Source: a bacterium (GTDB lineage: Bacteria > SAR324 > NAC60-12). From it: a stretch of DNA of 64,000 nucleotides. The position numbers and the translations under genes were made by a program. Below the pieces are notes generated by a model. It was not told where the DNA came from and ran no database searches. It saw only the letters and a program-made list of their open reading frames with translations. The stretch lies in contig CBDDTI010000747.1 of the NCBI GenBank assembly GCA_965233585.1, positions 384,001 through 448,000 on the forward strand, in the 5' to 3' direction. Positions 21,367-31,185 of the stretch are shown piece by piece (position 1 is the stretch's first letter; each line of letters starts with the position of its first letter).

Positions 21367-21552
21367 ATGACAATTATGAAAAAATTAGCTTTTTTAGTGA
21401 TTGGATTGGTTGTTGCTGGCTTAATCATTAGAGGATTGATTTCTCTCATTTTCTGGGGAGGCGCTGCAGTTTTATGTTATTTCATTTATAAAACCTTATC
21501 GGGGGGCAAAAAAAAGTTGCAAGGTAAGGGGAAAGACCGAGAGAAGTTATAA
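21367..21552 (+). CDS. Small membrane protein
   Basis: Two hydrophobic segments and a basic tail; fills the gap between fliP and adk. Confidence 0.6.
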   Translation: MTIMKKLAFLVIGLVVAGLIIRGLISLIFWGGAAVLCYFIYKTLSGGKKKLQGKGKDREKL

Positions 21553-21562
21553 AACTGCGAAG

Positions 21563-22201
21563 TCATAAAACGGCTTTGATTCTTTCAAAGACCTCATCAA
21601 GTTCTCCTATGCCGTCAACTTGTACCAGTTTGTTTTGCTTTTGGTAGTAGTCAATTAACGGGCTGGTCTGTTCGTGATAAGTTTGAAGGCGTTGCCTAAC
21701 CACTTGCTCTTGGTCATCTTTTCTTTGAATCAGAGGTTCTCCTGTGAGGTCATCTTGATCTTCTACTTTGGGAGGGTTGAAGTCCACATGATAAATCCTT
21801 CCGCTGTCCTCATGGATTCTTCTACCTGTGATCCTTTTGACCACCACATCATCTTCAACTGCAAGGTAAATCACCAAATCAACAGCCTGATTTTGTTCAG
21901 CTAGCATTTGGTCAAGTCCTTCTGCCTGACCAATGGAGCGGGGGAAGCCATCTAGTAGGTATCCATTTTGACAATCACTTTGTGTCATTCTTTCTTGAAT
22001 CACATCAAGGACAAGCCTGTCTTCCACTAATTTTCCAGAATCCAGTATTGATTTGACCTGAAGACCCAATGCGGTACCTTGAGCCACAGCAGAACGGAAA
22101 ATGTCTCCTGTGGAAAGTTGTATGATGTTTAAATGTTGTGTCAATTTTTTTGACTGCGTCCCTTTTCCTGCTCCTGGAGCCCCCAGTAAAATGACCCTCA
22201 T
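21563..22201 (-). CDS. adk: Adenylate kinase
   Basis: GAPGAGKGTQ, LSTGDIFR, GYLLDGFPR, LID domain. Confidence 0.98.
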   Translation of the reverse strand: MRVILLGAPGAGKGTQSKKLTQHLNIIQLSTGDIFRSAVAQGTALGLQVKSILDSGKLVEDRLVLDVIQERMTQSDCQNGYLLDGFPRSIGQAEGLDQMLAEQNQAVDLVIYLAVEDDVVVKRITGRRIHEDSGRIYHVDFNPPKVEDQDDLTGEPLIQRKDDQEQVVRQRLQTYHEQTSPLIDYYQKQNKLVQVDGIGELDEVFERIKAVL

Positions 22202-22592
22202 GCTCTTTCTCCCATTTTGAATAATTTAAAAATTTGAATCACTAAAAAAACTATAACCATTTTACTTACTTTGGCATTTTTTTCACCTTTTATGTTTTGA
22301 GCAGGTTTTGACAAGGGGTGTTTGTTTTTTTGAGCATCTCACCTTCTCGTTTTTCACGTTGGACTTCTAGCTCTTTTTTCCCATTTGAAAAACTCGGCTT
22401 CACGCTGGGCTTTGCTTTTGATGTCACGATATTTCTTAAAAAGAGAATCATCTGCCTTCCTTTCCAAAATGATTTGTTTCCAGCCACAACTTCCACTCCT
22501 CAAAAAAGCCCGTCTTTTCAAAAACTAACCAGCTTGCTTCTTTGACCGATTGCTCAAGCCATCAAAAATAATCAAAAAAAACGATTTTGAAG

Positions 22593-22622
22593 TTGCATTT
22601 GTTTTTCAAGGTTTGCTAAAAT
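22593..22622 (+). promoter_or_regulatory. Conserved promoter of the poly-G lipoprotein family (TTGCAT...TGnTAAAAT extended -10)
   Basis: The same motif precedes all six paralogs (also 48588-48617, 50341-50370, 52880-52909, 54984-55013, 56768-56795), followed by an AGGAG SD. Confidence 0.65.
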
Positions 22623-22674
22623 CGTCACCTTGTTTTTGTTCGTTCTGATTAACCATTTATCAAAGGAGATTTTT

Positions 22675-23722
22675 ATGTTAGAACAAATCAAATCCATTCA
22701 ATCCCGATTGTCAGGGGGGGGCTTTTTATGACAAGATAATCGTTTTCCTGACACTTCTGATCTTGGCAGGTTGCACACCGCCTGCTGAAGAAGAGGAAGA
22801 GGAAAACACCCAGAACCAAGCCACCTGCGAGGTCTCCTCTGGCAATTCTTTGACAACAGGTCAAGAACTGGTTGCCAACCTCACCTGCACCGCATCAACC
22901 ATCTACCAAGGTAAAAAATTAAGCATCACTTACGATGAAAGTTTGACTTCCTTGAAGCTGGTCGTTGGAGAAAAAGAGACAGTCGGTCAAAGCGGAACAC
23001 TCACCCACACCTTACCCAAACAAGAAAAATTTCAAGCCAAGTTGAAGCTCACAGGAGTCACAGCAGGCAAGGGGCAACTCAAGTTCAACATCTTGAGAAA
23101 AGAATCAAACTGGGCTTTTACAGTAGTCAACAACGAACTTGACATTTCCAAATACACTTGGAAACAAGTCGCCTCTTCAGCAGGTTGGTCTGCTCGGGAT
23201 TCTCACACAAGCGTCGTGTTCAATCACAAAATCTGGGTCATAGGAGGTTCTGCTAGTCCTTTTGTCAAGAAAAACGATGTTTGGAGTTCTTCTGATGGTA
23301 AGAATTGGACAAAAGCTACAGATTCAGCAGGTTGGTCTGCTCGGGATTCTCACTCAAGCGTTGCATTCAATAACAAAATCTGGGTGCTAGGAGGAATTGC
23401 TGGTGGCAGGAAAAACGATGTTTGGAGTTCTTCTGATGGTAAGAATTGGATAAAAGCTACAGATTCAGCAGGTTGGTCTGCTCGTTCTGCTCACGCAAGC
23501 ATTGCGTTCAACAACAAAATCTGGGTCATAGGAGGTTCTGATGGTGGCAAGAAAAACGATGTTTGGAGTTCTTCTGATGGTAAGACTTGGACAAAAGAAA
23601 CTTCTGCAGCAGGTTGGTCTGCTCGTGCTGGACACACAAGCGTCCTGTCCAATCACAAAATCTGGGTCATAGGAGGTTCTGATGGTGGCAGGAAAAACGA
23701 TGTTTGGGAATTTGGTCCCTAA
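22675..23722 (+). pseudogene. Modular lipoprotein paralog 1 (4 Kelch-like repeats), frameshifted at a G8 tract (putative phase OFF)
   Basis: AGGAG then ATG 22675 MLEQIKSIQSRLS; G8 at 22714-22721 leads to TGA at 22729. The downstream frame (DKIIVFLTLLILAGC...) is intact to 23722. Confidence 0.85.
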
Positions 23723-23819
23723 ATTCCGCCTCACGTCAACTCATCTTCTCTAAAAAAACACCTCGCTTGAATGACCAAGCGGGGTGGTTTCTTCTTACGC
23801 AAAACCAAACCTTCCTTTT

Positions 23820-24290
23820 CGTCATAGCACATCTTGAAAATCGTCATTGCGGGCTTGTTTTTTGGTCATTGCGGGTTTAACCGACAATCTCTATACAACC
23901 GTCATTGCTCACCTTGACCCGCAATCTCATCTTGTTTTTTTTCAACAATTCCTTTTTTTGAGATTCTGTATCAAGCACTCAAGTGACGGGAGGGTTTGGC
24001 TGGGTTGTTTTTTCTCGTCATTGCGGGACCTGACCCGCAATCTCATCTTGTTTTTTTCAACAATTCCTTTTTTTGAGATTCTGTATCAAGCACTCAAGTG
24101 ACGGGAAGGGCTTTGAGATTCTGAATCTCCCTTTCAATTCCTCTTCAGTGAAGGTCAACAAACCAGCGCTTGTTGCTAGCGGCAAAGCCTGACGGGATAG
24201 TTTTGCACAAAAAAAGAATGAGATTGCGGGACAAAGTGTGGTTGTCTTGTTTTGTATAAGAAGACAGACACGTTGGTCTGTCCCTACCAA
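23820..24290. repeat. REP-like palindrome cluster with an internal ~117-bp-period duplication
   Basis: tgacccgcaatctcatcttg...gagattctgtatcaagcactcaagtgacggga occurs twice; GTAG-REP at 24263-24287. Confidence 0.85.
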
Positions 24291-24295
24291 AAACA

Positions 24296-25912
24296 CTACC
24301 TCCCAAACTTGATTAAAAGCATGTCATTGCCTCCTGAATGGGTCTTCCCACCAAAATTTCCTCCAGAAAATCCTGTCACGTAAACATTGCCTTTAGAATC
24401 CACACTCACTCCTAACCCTTGATCATCCTTGTCAGTGCCAAGCAGTTTTGACCTCTTCTTGACGCCTGAACTGTCATACTTGATTAAAAACATGTCAGCA
24501 CTTCCTTGATTGGTTTTTCCATCAAAAGCTCCTGAAGAGAATCCTGTCACATAGACATTGCCTGCAGAATCCACACCCACTCCGTATCCCAAATCATCAT
24601 CGCTAGTGCCAACCAATTTAGACCACTGCTTGACACCTGAACTATCATACTTGATTAAAAACATGTCATCGCCTCCTTGATTGGTCTTTCCATCAAAAGC
24701 CCCTTCAGAGAGTCCTGTCACGTAAACATTGCCTGAAGCATCCACGCTCACTCCATGTCCTCTATCATCACCGCTAGTTCCAACCAACTTAGACCACTGC
24801 TTGTTGCCTGAACTGTCATACTTGATTAAAAACATGTCCTCTTTTCCTGAATGGGTCTTTGCATCAAAAGCTCCTTTAGAATATCCTGTCACGTAAACAT
24901 TGCCTGCTGAATCTACACTCACTCCTAATCCTTCATCAAAACCGCTAGTTCCAAGCAGTTGAGACCACTGCTTGACACCTGAAGTGTTATACTTCACTAA
25001 AAACATATCCCTCTTTCCTGAATTGGTCTTCCCATCAAAATTTCCTTCAGAGAATCCCGTCACGTAAACATTGCCTGCTGAATCCACACTCATTCCCTCT
25101 CCTATATCATTATCGTCAGAGCCAAGCAATTTAGACCACACCTTGTTGCCTGAAGTATCATACTTGATTAAAAACACGTCAGCACCTCCTTGATTGGTCT
25201 TTCCATCAAAACTTCCATCAGAGAATCCTGTGACATAGACATTATCTGATGAATCCACACCCACTCCTAATCCTTTTGTGGAAAGGCCACTGGTAACCAA
25301 CTTAGACCACTGCTTGTTGCCGTCCTTGTCATACTTCACTAAAAACATGCCTTCAAATGCTGGATTGGTCTTTCCATCAAAATTGCCATCAGAAAATCCT
25401 GTCACGTAAACATTGCCTTTAGAATCCACACTCACTCCTAGTCCATCATCACGAGATCGACTGCCAAGCAGTTCAGACCATTGTTTAGCCAAGTGTTCAG
25501 CAATGGCTTGGTTGTGGCAAGCCCACTCAGAAGCAGGCGTATTGCCTGATGCTTTCACACGAACACAGAGCTTGTCTTTGGCAATCGCATCATCTCCAAG
25601 ACTAAAAGGGCTACTGCAATCAGTTGGAGTTGTGCCTCCATCTTTGGAACATTCGTAACTCTTGCCTGAAGTGGTGGTAAAAGTGAGTGTTCTGGCTGAC
25701 ACTGACAAGCTAGTTGGTGGCTTGGGTGGCTTGGTAGCTTCAGCAGTGTTTTCATCTGATGGACTACGTTTGTCAGTGCAGGCAACAAGCACACTGAGAC
25801 CAAGCAAGATTGAACATTTCTTCAAAGAAGAAGGTTTAAGAAATGATGCAAAAGCATCGGTGCAGGCAACAAGTGCTTTTGAGAAAATCTGGATTGTATG
25901 ACATGCAAACAT
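24296..25912 (-). CDS. Lipoprotein with 7 SBBP repeats (paralog of 9091-10710)
   Basis: Near-identical N-terminus and upstream region; lipobox VLVAC; seven SBBP repeats. Confidence 0.9.
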   Translation of the reverse strand: MFACHTIQIFSKALVACTDAFASFLKPSSLKKCSILLGLSVLVACTDKRSPSDENTAEATKPPKPPTSLSVSARTLTFTTTSGKSYECSKDGGTTPTDCSSPFSLGDDAIAKDKLCVRVKASGNTPASEWACHNQAIAEHLAKQWSELLGSRSRDDGLGVSVDSKGNVYVTGFSDGNFDGKTNPAFEGMFLVKYDKDGNKQWSKLVTSGLSTKGLGVGVDSSDNVYVTGFSDGSFDGKTNQGGADVFLIKYDTSGNKVWSKLLGSDDNDIGEGMSVDSAGNVYVTGFSEGNFDGKTNSGKRDMFLVKYNTSGVKQWSQLLGTSGFDEGLGVSVDSAGNVYVTGYSKGAFDAKTHSGKEDMFLIKYDSSGNKQWSKLVGTSGDDRGHGVSVDASGNVYVTGLSEGAFDGKTNQGGDDMFLIKYDSSGVKQWSKLVGTSDDDLGYGVGVDSAGNVYVTGFSSGAFDGKTNQGSADMFLIKYDSSGVKKRSKLLGTDKDDQGLGVSVDSKGNVYVTGFSGGNFGGKTHSGGNDMLLIKFGR

Positions 25913-26043
25913 TTGATGGACTCCATGTAGAGGTTAGACAAAAAGACAACACCCAACGGGTGCTTTCGTGGGAACAACTCTTGGCTTGGAAAAAAAACAT
26001 CATCTGATTTTTAAGGAAAAGAGTTGAATAAAAAACAAAGCCT

Positions 26044-26071
26044 ATACTATGCAAGTACAAAAAAAATACAA
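26044..26071 (-). promoter_or_regulatory. Putative sigma70 promoter with a T8 run in the spacer (16-bp spacing)
   Basis: Minus strand TTGTAT-16 nt-TAGTAT; A8 at 26059-26066 on the plus strand. Confidence 0.55.
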
Positions 26072-26164
26072 GCCACGACTCAGAATTTTAAGGGATTTTT
26101 TGGTTTTTAAGGAATTTTTAAGATTTTTCAAAAAAATTTGAAAAAAAAGGAGTCAGTGAAGAAA

Positions 26165-26580
26165 ATGAGATTCCGTGTCAAGCACGGAATGACAAAGAAC
26201 GTCTTTACCTTGAAAGCCGTCATTGCGGGCTTGACCCGCAATCTCTCTTTTGTTCTTCTTTTGTTTTTTCTCATTGTATTTGCATTCTTCTTTTGAGATT
26301 CCGCATCAAGTGCGGAATGACTGAGAGAGTTTGCAGGTGTAGCTTTTCGTCATGGCTCACTTTGACCTGCAATCTCTATACGACAGTCATTCCTGTGAAA
26401 GCAGGAATCCATGCTTGGTTTAGTGATAGATTCCGCATCAAGTGCGGAATGACGGAAGAGGGAGAAAAGCTGAAAAATGAGAAGTTTGTTAGTCTGATCT
26501 GCTTAGATAAACTCGAGATTGTTTGAACTGCTCAATGTTTTCTATAAGAGTTACCGCATCAAGCACTCAAATGACTGAGA
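26165..26580. repeat. REP-like palindrome cluster
   Basis: gagattccgtgtcaagcacggaatgac, gtcattgcgggcttgacccgcaatct, gtcattcctgtgaaagcaggaatcc. Confidence 0.88.
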
Positions 26581-26619
26581 GAGGGTGCAAAGCTAAAAAA
26601 TGAGAAAGTTTTTTTGAGC

Positions 26620-29600
26620 TTACTTGCTCAGATAAACTTGAGATTGTTTGAACTGCTCAATATTTTCTATCAAAGTTGCATGAGGAATGTCTTTGGAAGT
26701 TTGTAGTTCTTCGTCAAGAACATGAAAGCTGACGGTTCTGCGTTTTTCTTTGGGGAAAACTTGTTGGGCAAAGTCTATTAGGTCTTGTTTTGTGATTTGG
26801 TCAAGCACTTGGAGCAACTGACTGACATCACCAAAATCTTTTTCTTTGTTCACAATAGCAGCCCATCTCATCTCTTCTACATCTTCTATTGATGCAGGCA
26901 ATTCAAGCAAGGCATCTCGTATAGATTGTTTGGTTTGCCGAAATACTTCATCAGGTAGTGAATTGATTTTTGCTTCAATTTGTTGTACGAATGTCTCAAT
27001 TTCTTGGTGTAACCTCAAGGCAGGATAGTCTGCAGATTGTAGGACAAACACAAGATGCCAAAACTTTTGGTTAGGGGAGAGGTACATGCTGGCAGTATAT
27101 CCTAGCTGTTTTTGGGTACGTAATTCTGTATAAAACGATGCTTTTAGAAGTCTTGACAAGAGAGAACCTTTGATATGCACTTGAGGGTTGTCTTGCCCTA
27201 GCTGAATGATGTACTTGACTGCAGAATTTTTGACGTTTGAGGGATATTGGAAGACGTGAGTTTTTTGGGGGATTTGCAAAAAATGTCTTTGAAAAATCTG
27301 GTCTTCAGTGAGTGGTTGAATTTTTAGTTTTTTCAATGATTGTCTAATGGCTAGGCGAGTCATGCGGGGGTCAAGGTTTCCATAGGCAAAGCCTTCAATG
27401 AATGACTCTTTCAAAAGTAATTTTGCAAATTTTTGGACATCACGCAGACGAATTGTTGCTAACTCTTTTTGATACTCCTGCACGGGTTGGGCATCTTGCC
27501 TTGTTAGAAGGTTTTCAAAATAGCTTGCTTGAGCCAATGGAGAACGTTTCCATAAATTGCGATACCCCCGTGAGTAGTCTTTTTTGATTTCCTCAAATTG
27601 TTTTTGTGGGAGGTTCAGTTCATGGAGTTGCCCTGTGACAAAATCCAAAACTTTCCATAGCTTATCTGAATATCCATAGACTTGGAGGAAAAACCCTTGT
27701 TTGCTGGTATAAAAAGAGACACCTGCCCCTGCAATGTTTAGCTCTTGACGGAATCCACTTAATTTTTTGCGTAAGACAGAAGTATAAAGTTCTCCCAATA
27801 AATCAGAACGGACGTTTTGTGAAATTTGGGGGTTGTGAAACATGAGTCGCACGCTTGCCTTGGGAGTGTCAAAACTAGTGTCTTGTGCAAACCATAAGCG
27901 CATACTTTTTTTATTGACTAAGCGATAAGGTTCATTGAACGCATGTTCCATGATTTTCTCTTGGGGTGCTGATGGACCGAGCTTGAGTTTCGCTTGCAAC
28001 TCCTCCCAAGTTTCAAAACGTTGGTCTTGCATCTGCTTCAATTTTTCCAAAATTTCTGTATCCAAATCACTTTCAGCCAGACTCAGCAGGGAGGCATGAG
28101 AAAAATAAAAAGGTGTTTGCTTGGGAAACTTAAACAAAGAATCTGGAAGCCAATGATTCTTAGGTGGTAATCTGAGGGAGCGATTCTGTTTGACATTCTT
28201 CAGACTCTTCAGCCATTTTTGGTCATTGTTTGTGTAAGTGTATTCTGTTTGATAAAAAGGGGTGACAGAGTTTGTTTGAACGGAAGTGTCAGTGAGAACA
28301 ATTAATAAGTTTTCTGGTCTTAGCCAAAAAAGGAATCGGTCAATAATTTTTTCATCAAACTGAATATAGGAAGAGGGAGTCTCGTATAAAGCGCGGATTG
28401 GAATTTTGCGTTGCATGATGCCCACAGCACTTGTTGTGATAGAAGAGCCATCTTCTCTACCAGAATATTTGAACTCCAAATCTGACAACTTCAATAATTC
28501 TTCCAGTCTGTTTTTTGGGATTCCTGTGTAGCGAAGCATTTTAATATATTGAAAGGTTTCTTTGACAATTTGCTGATAGTCTTTCAGTCCTTTTTTGGTC
28601 AATTTGACGTTTAAGTTGAGTGTAGAATAGGCTTTTGATGAATGACTAAAGGTCCATAATTCAGAGATGAGGTTCTTTTTTTTCAATGTTTCAGCAAGTC
28701 CACCTTTGCCTTGATGTCCCAAAAAGAAATTGATGGCGTTCACTGGTACCGAACGATAGTAGCGATCAGATGGGGGAAGGTAGAAGCGCAGCAAAAGTTG
28801 TTGAGTCTCTTTTTGGGGTTTGATTTGTAAAAATTTGACGCCTTTTGTGGGTGGCAAGATTTTTTGGTTAATTTGAAGTGGTTGAGTCTGGCGTCTAGGA
28901 ATTTGCTGAAAATATTTAAGTGCCAGTTCTTGTAACTCATCAAGGCTTTCACGTCCAAGAATGGCTAGAGTCATCACATGGCTAGAATAATTTGAGTGAT
29001 AAAAATCAATGACTTCTTGACGAGAGATTTGTGCCAGTGTTTCTCTGTTGCCTGTGGTAAACCTTGAGGCAGGGTGTTTGGGGTTTAAAACGGAACGAAT
29101 GGCAGACTGACGTAAGCGGTAGTCGCTGGATAAGCCATTGGAAAACTCTGAATGAACAATTTTAGCTTCACTTTCTACAAATTTAGGGTCAAAGAGTGGG
29201 GCAATGAAAAACTGAGACCAGCGGTCAAGCACTGCTTCAAGATGTTCTGGGTCAACTTCAAAAAAATATCTTGTGGCTTCATTGTACGTGGTGGCATTAG
29301 TATAGCCCCCTGTCTGTTGAAGAAATTCTGTGAGTTCTCCAACCTTGGGGTATTTTTCTGTTCCTAAAAACAAGAGATGCTCTAAAAAATGAGCCATACC
29401 TTGCCGACCTTTTGGGTCATGGAAGCTCCCTACTGAGACTTGCAAAGCTGCTGATGCTTTTTCAACATCAGGGTCAGAAATCAGTAATGTTGTGATTCCA
29501 TTGGGAAGCAGGACGTTGCGATATTGACGACGTTCATCACGTTCGTCTGGAATATCTTGAGGGGGAGCTGCATGTAAAAAGGTTGTAGCGAAAAATAATA

Positions 29601-29625
29601 CAAATCCAACTAGTCGTTTCGTCAT
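26620..29625 (-). CDS. M16A insulinase/pitrilysin-family zinc metallopeptidase (secreted)
   Basis: Signal peptide; GMAHFLEHLLFLGTEKYP (HxxEH); ELRTQKQLGY. Confidence 0.93.
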   Translation of the reverse strand: MTKRLVGFVLFFATTFLHAAPPQDIPDERDERRQYRNVLLPNGITTLLISDPDVEKASAALQVSVGSFHDPKGRQGMAHFLEHLLFLGTEKYPKVGELTEFLQQTGGYTNATTYNEATRYFFEVDPEHLEAVLDRWSQFFIAPLFDPKFVESEAKIVHSEFSNGLSSDYRLRQSAIRSVLNPKHPASRFTTGNRETLAQISRQEVIDFYHSNYSSHVMTLAILGRESLDELQELALKYFQQIPRRQTQPLQINQKILPPTKGVKFLQIKPQKETQQLLLRFYLPPSDRYYRSVPVNAINFFLGHQGKGGLAETLKKKNLISELWTFSHSSKAYSTLNLNVKLTKKGLKDYQQIVKETFQYIKMLRYTGIPKNRLEELLKLSDLEFKYSGREDGSSITTSAVGIMQRKIPIRALYETPSSYIQFDEKIIDRFLFWLRPENLLIVLTDTSVQTNSVTPFYQTEYTYTNNDQKWLKSLKNVKQNRSLRLPPKNHWLPDSLFKFPKQTPFYFSHASLLSLAESDLDTEILEKLKQMQDQRFETWEELQAKLKLGPSAPQEKIMEHAFNEPYRLVNKKSMRLWFAQDTSFDTPKASVRLMFHNPQISQNVRSDLLGELYTSVLRKKLSGFRQELNIAGAGVSFYTSKQGFFLQVYGYSDKLWKVLDFVTGQLHELNLPQKQFEEIKKDYSRGYRNLWKRSPLAQASYFENLLTRQDAQPVQEYQKELATIRLRDVQKFAKLLLKESFIEGFAYGNLDPRMTRLAIRQSLKKLKIQPLTEDQIFQRHFLQIPQKTHVFQYPSNVKNSAVKYIIQLGQDNPQVHIKGSLLSRLLKASFYTELRTQKQLGYTASMYLSPNQKFWHLVFVLQSADYPALRLHQEIETFVQQIEAKINSLPDEVFRQTKQSIRDALLELPASIEDVEEMRWAAIVNKEKDFGDVSQLLQVLDQITKQDLIDFAQQVFPKEKRRTVSFHVLDEELQTSKDIPHATLIENIEQFKQSQVYLSK

Positions 29626-29907
29626 GGAGTTACAGAGTGAAAAGAATTGATACTAAAGGAGACACAAGAATCACAGCGACAATAGGTGCAATTAACATAA
29701 TCATCTTCCATTGAAAAAGGTTCAAAATTAAAAACTTCAATGAAAGATTATATTTAAGATTACATATACAAGCAACAATTAATCATAAAATAGGAATTTT
29801 TTATAAAACCTTACTTTAACTAAAAGTGAAACAGAATGCTTAACGCAGGGACAACTATTGCCAGAGAAACAAGAGTCGCAACTAACATAAAAAAACTCCA
29901 AAGATAA

Positions 29908-30978
29908 TTAACCATACAAGACACCTTGTTTTTCAAAGTGTCTCAAGGTTTCAAGGTTTCTTAAATCGCCGGGTTTGAGAATCACAGCATCTGTGGTGGT
30001 TTTCCCGTTGCTATGAACAACTGACCCATTGACGGCTAGACGATAAGGAGGGATAACAGGGACAAGAAATTGTTTTTCCCCCACTTGAATTGACAAAGGT
30101 TCTATGGCTGTGCCTGTTTCTTCATCAATCACTTTTTTGCCTGACGCCATCACAACACCACTAGCAATGACAGCACCTTCTTTGATGATTCCACAAACTT
30201 CACACATGGCACCAATTTTAACGTTGTCTTCTACAATAGAAGGCAGGCGACCAGCAGGCTCTAAAATTCCTTCAATTCCCGAACCTGCACCAAACTTGAC
30301 ATTTTTGCCAATTTGAGCGCAAGAAGCAATTCTTGAGGCTGAATCAATCATGCAGCCATCACCTGCAATGTATGCCCCAATGTTGACAAACGATTGGCTC
30401 ATCACCACTGTACCACTTCCAATATAAGCTCCCATTCTCGCAACAGCACCCGGTACAAACCTCACACCACTTGCACGATAATCCGCATCACTCCAAGCCT
30501 CTGTCTTCAAAGGGACTTTGTCCCACGAGTCAGCTGTGAGTTGACGATTTTCACTGCATGCAAAATAATTGAGAATGCCATCAATGACATAGGTTTGAGG
30601 AATCCATTGTGTCCCAACCTTTTCAGCAGCACGAACCAAGCCTTGATCCAGTAATTGGATAAAATGCTGAACCTGCGAGGCATCTGCTTTTCTTTCATTG
30701 ACTAACTCAATTAGTTTGGGAATAGGTGTTGCGACAAATTCCAGTTGAACCATTTCATGGGGTTTAACTAGAGTGGAAAAAGGGGAATTGGCTAAATCTG
30801 GATAGCTTCTAAGAAGGTCTTCAAACAAGGACTGACCTGCATTTACATTTTGATAAAGTGTTTGAACAATATTTTGGTGTTCTCCCAAATTTGGAAAGAC
30901 TGCCAAAGTTTGAGAATGTTCATCAAAAATCTTGGTAATGAGGACTTCATCAGCAGATTGTGCAATGTAGTTTTTCAT
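29908..30978 (-). CDS. dapD: Tetrahydrodipicolinate N-succinyltransferase-like protein with an N-terminal extension
   Basis: LDQGLVRAAEK, WDKVPLK, GVRFVPGAVARMGAYI, FVNIGAY, CAQIGKNV, GILEP. Start placed at MKNYIAQ. Confidence 0.8.
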   Translation of the reverse strand: MKNYIAQSADEVLITKIFDEHSQTLAVFPNLGEHQNIVQTLYQNVNAGQSLFEDLLRSYPDLANSPFSTLVKPHEMVQLEFVATPIPKLIELVNERKADASQVQHFIQLLDQGLVRAAEKVGTQWIPQTYVIDGILNYFACSENRQLTADSWDKVPLKTEAWSDADYRASGVRFVPGAVARMGAYIGSGTVVMSQSFVNIGAYIAGDGCMIDSASRIASCAQIGKNVKFGAGSGIEGILEPAGRLPSIVEDNVKIGAMCEVCGIIKEGAVIASGVVMASGKKVIDEETGTAIEPLSIQVGEKQFLVPVIPPYRLAVNGSVVHSNGKTTTDAVILKPGDLRNLETLRHFEKQGVLYG

Positions 30979-31185
30979 CGTGCTATTTGATGTTTGAAAA
31001 AAAGACCATTGAAACCAGCCCAATAATATAACATACAACTTGAATGATGTCACCCATTAAAAACACTAAAAATTAAAAATGTTTCATTTCTGGCTTGGGT
31101 AAACCATCACTCCATTTTGCATGACCCATTTTTCAGAAAACCCGACATGAGAAATGGCATTGCGACTTTTGTCTTTTGACAGATT

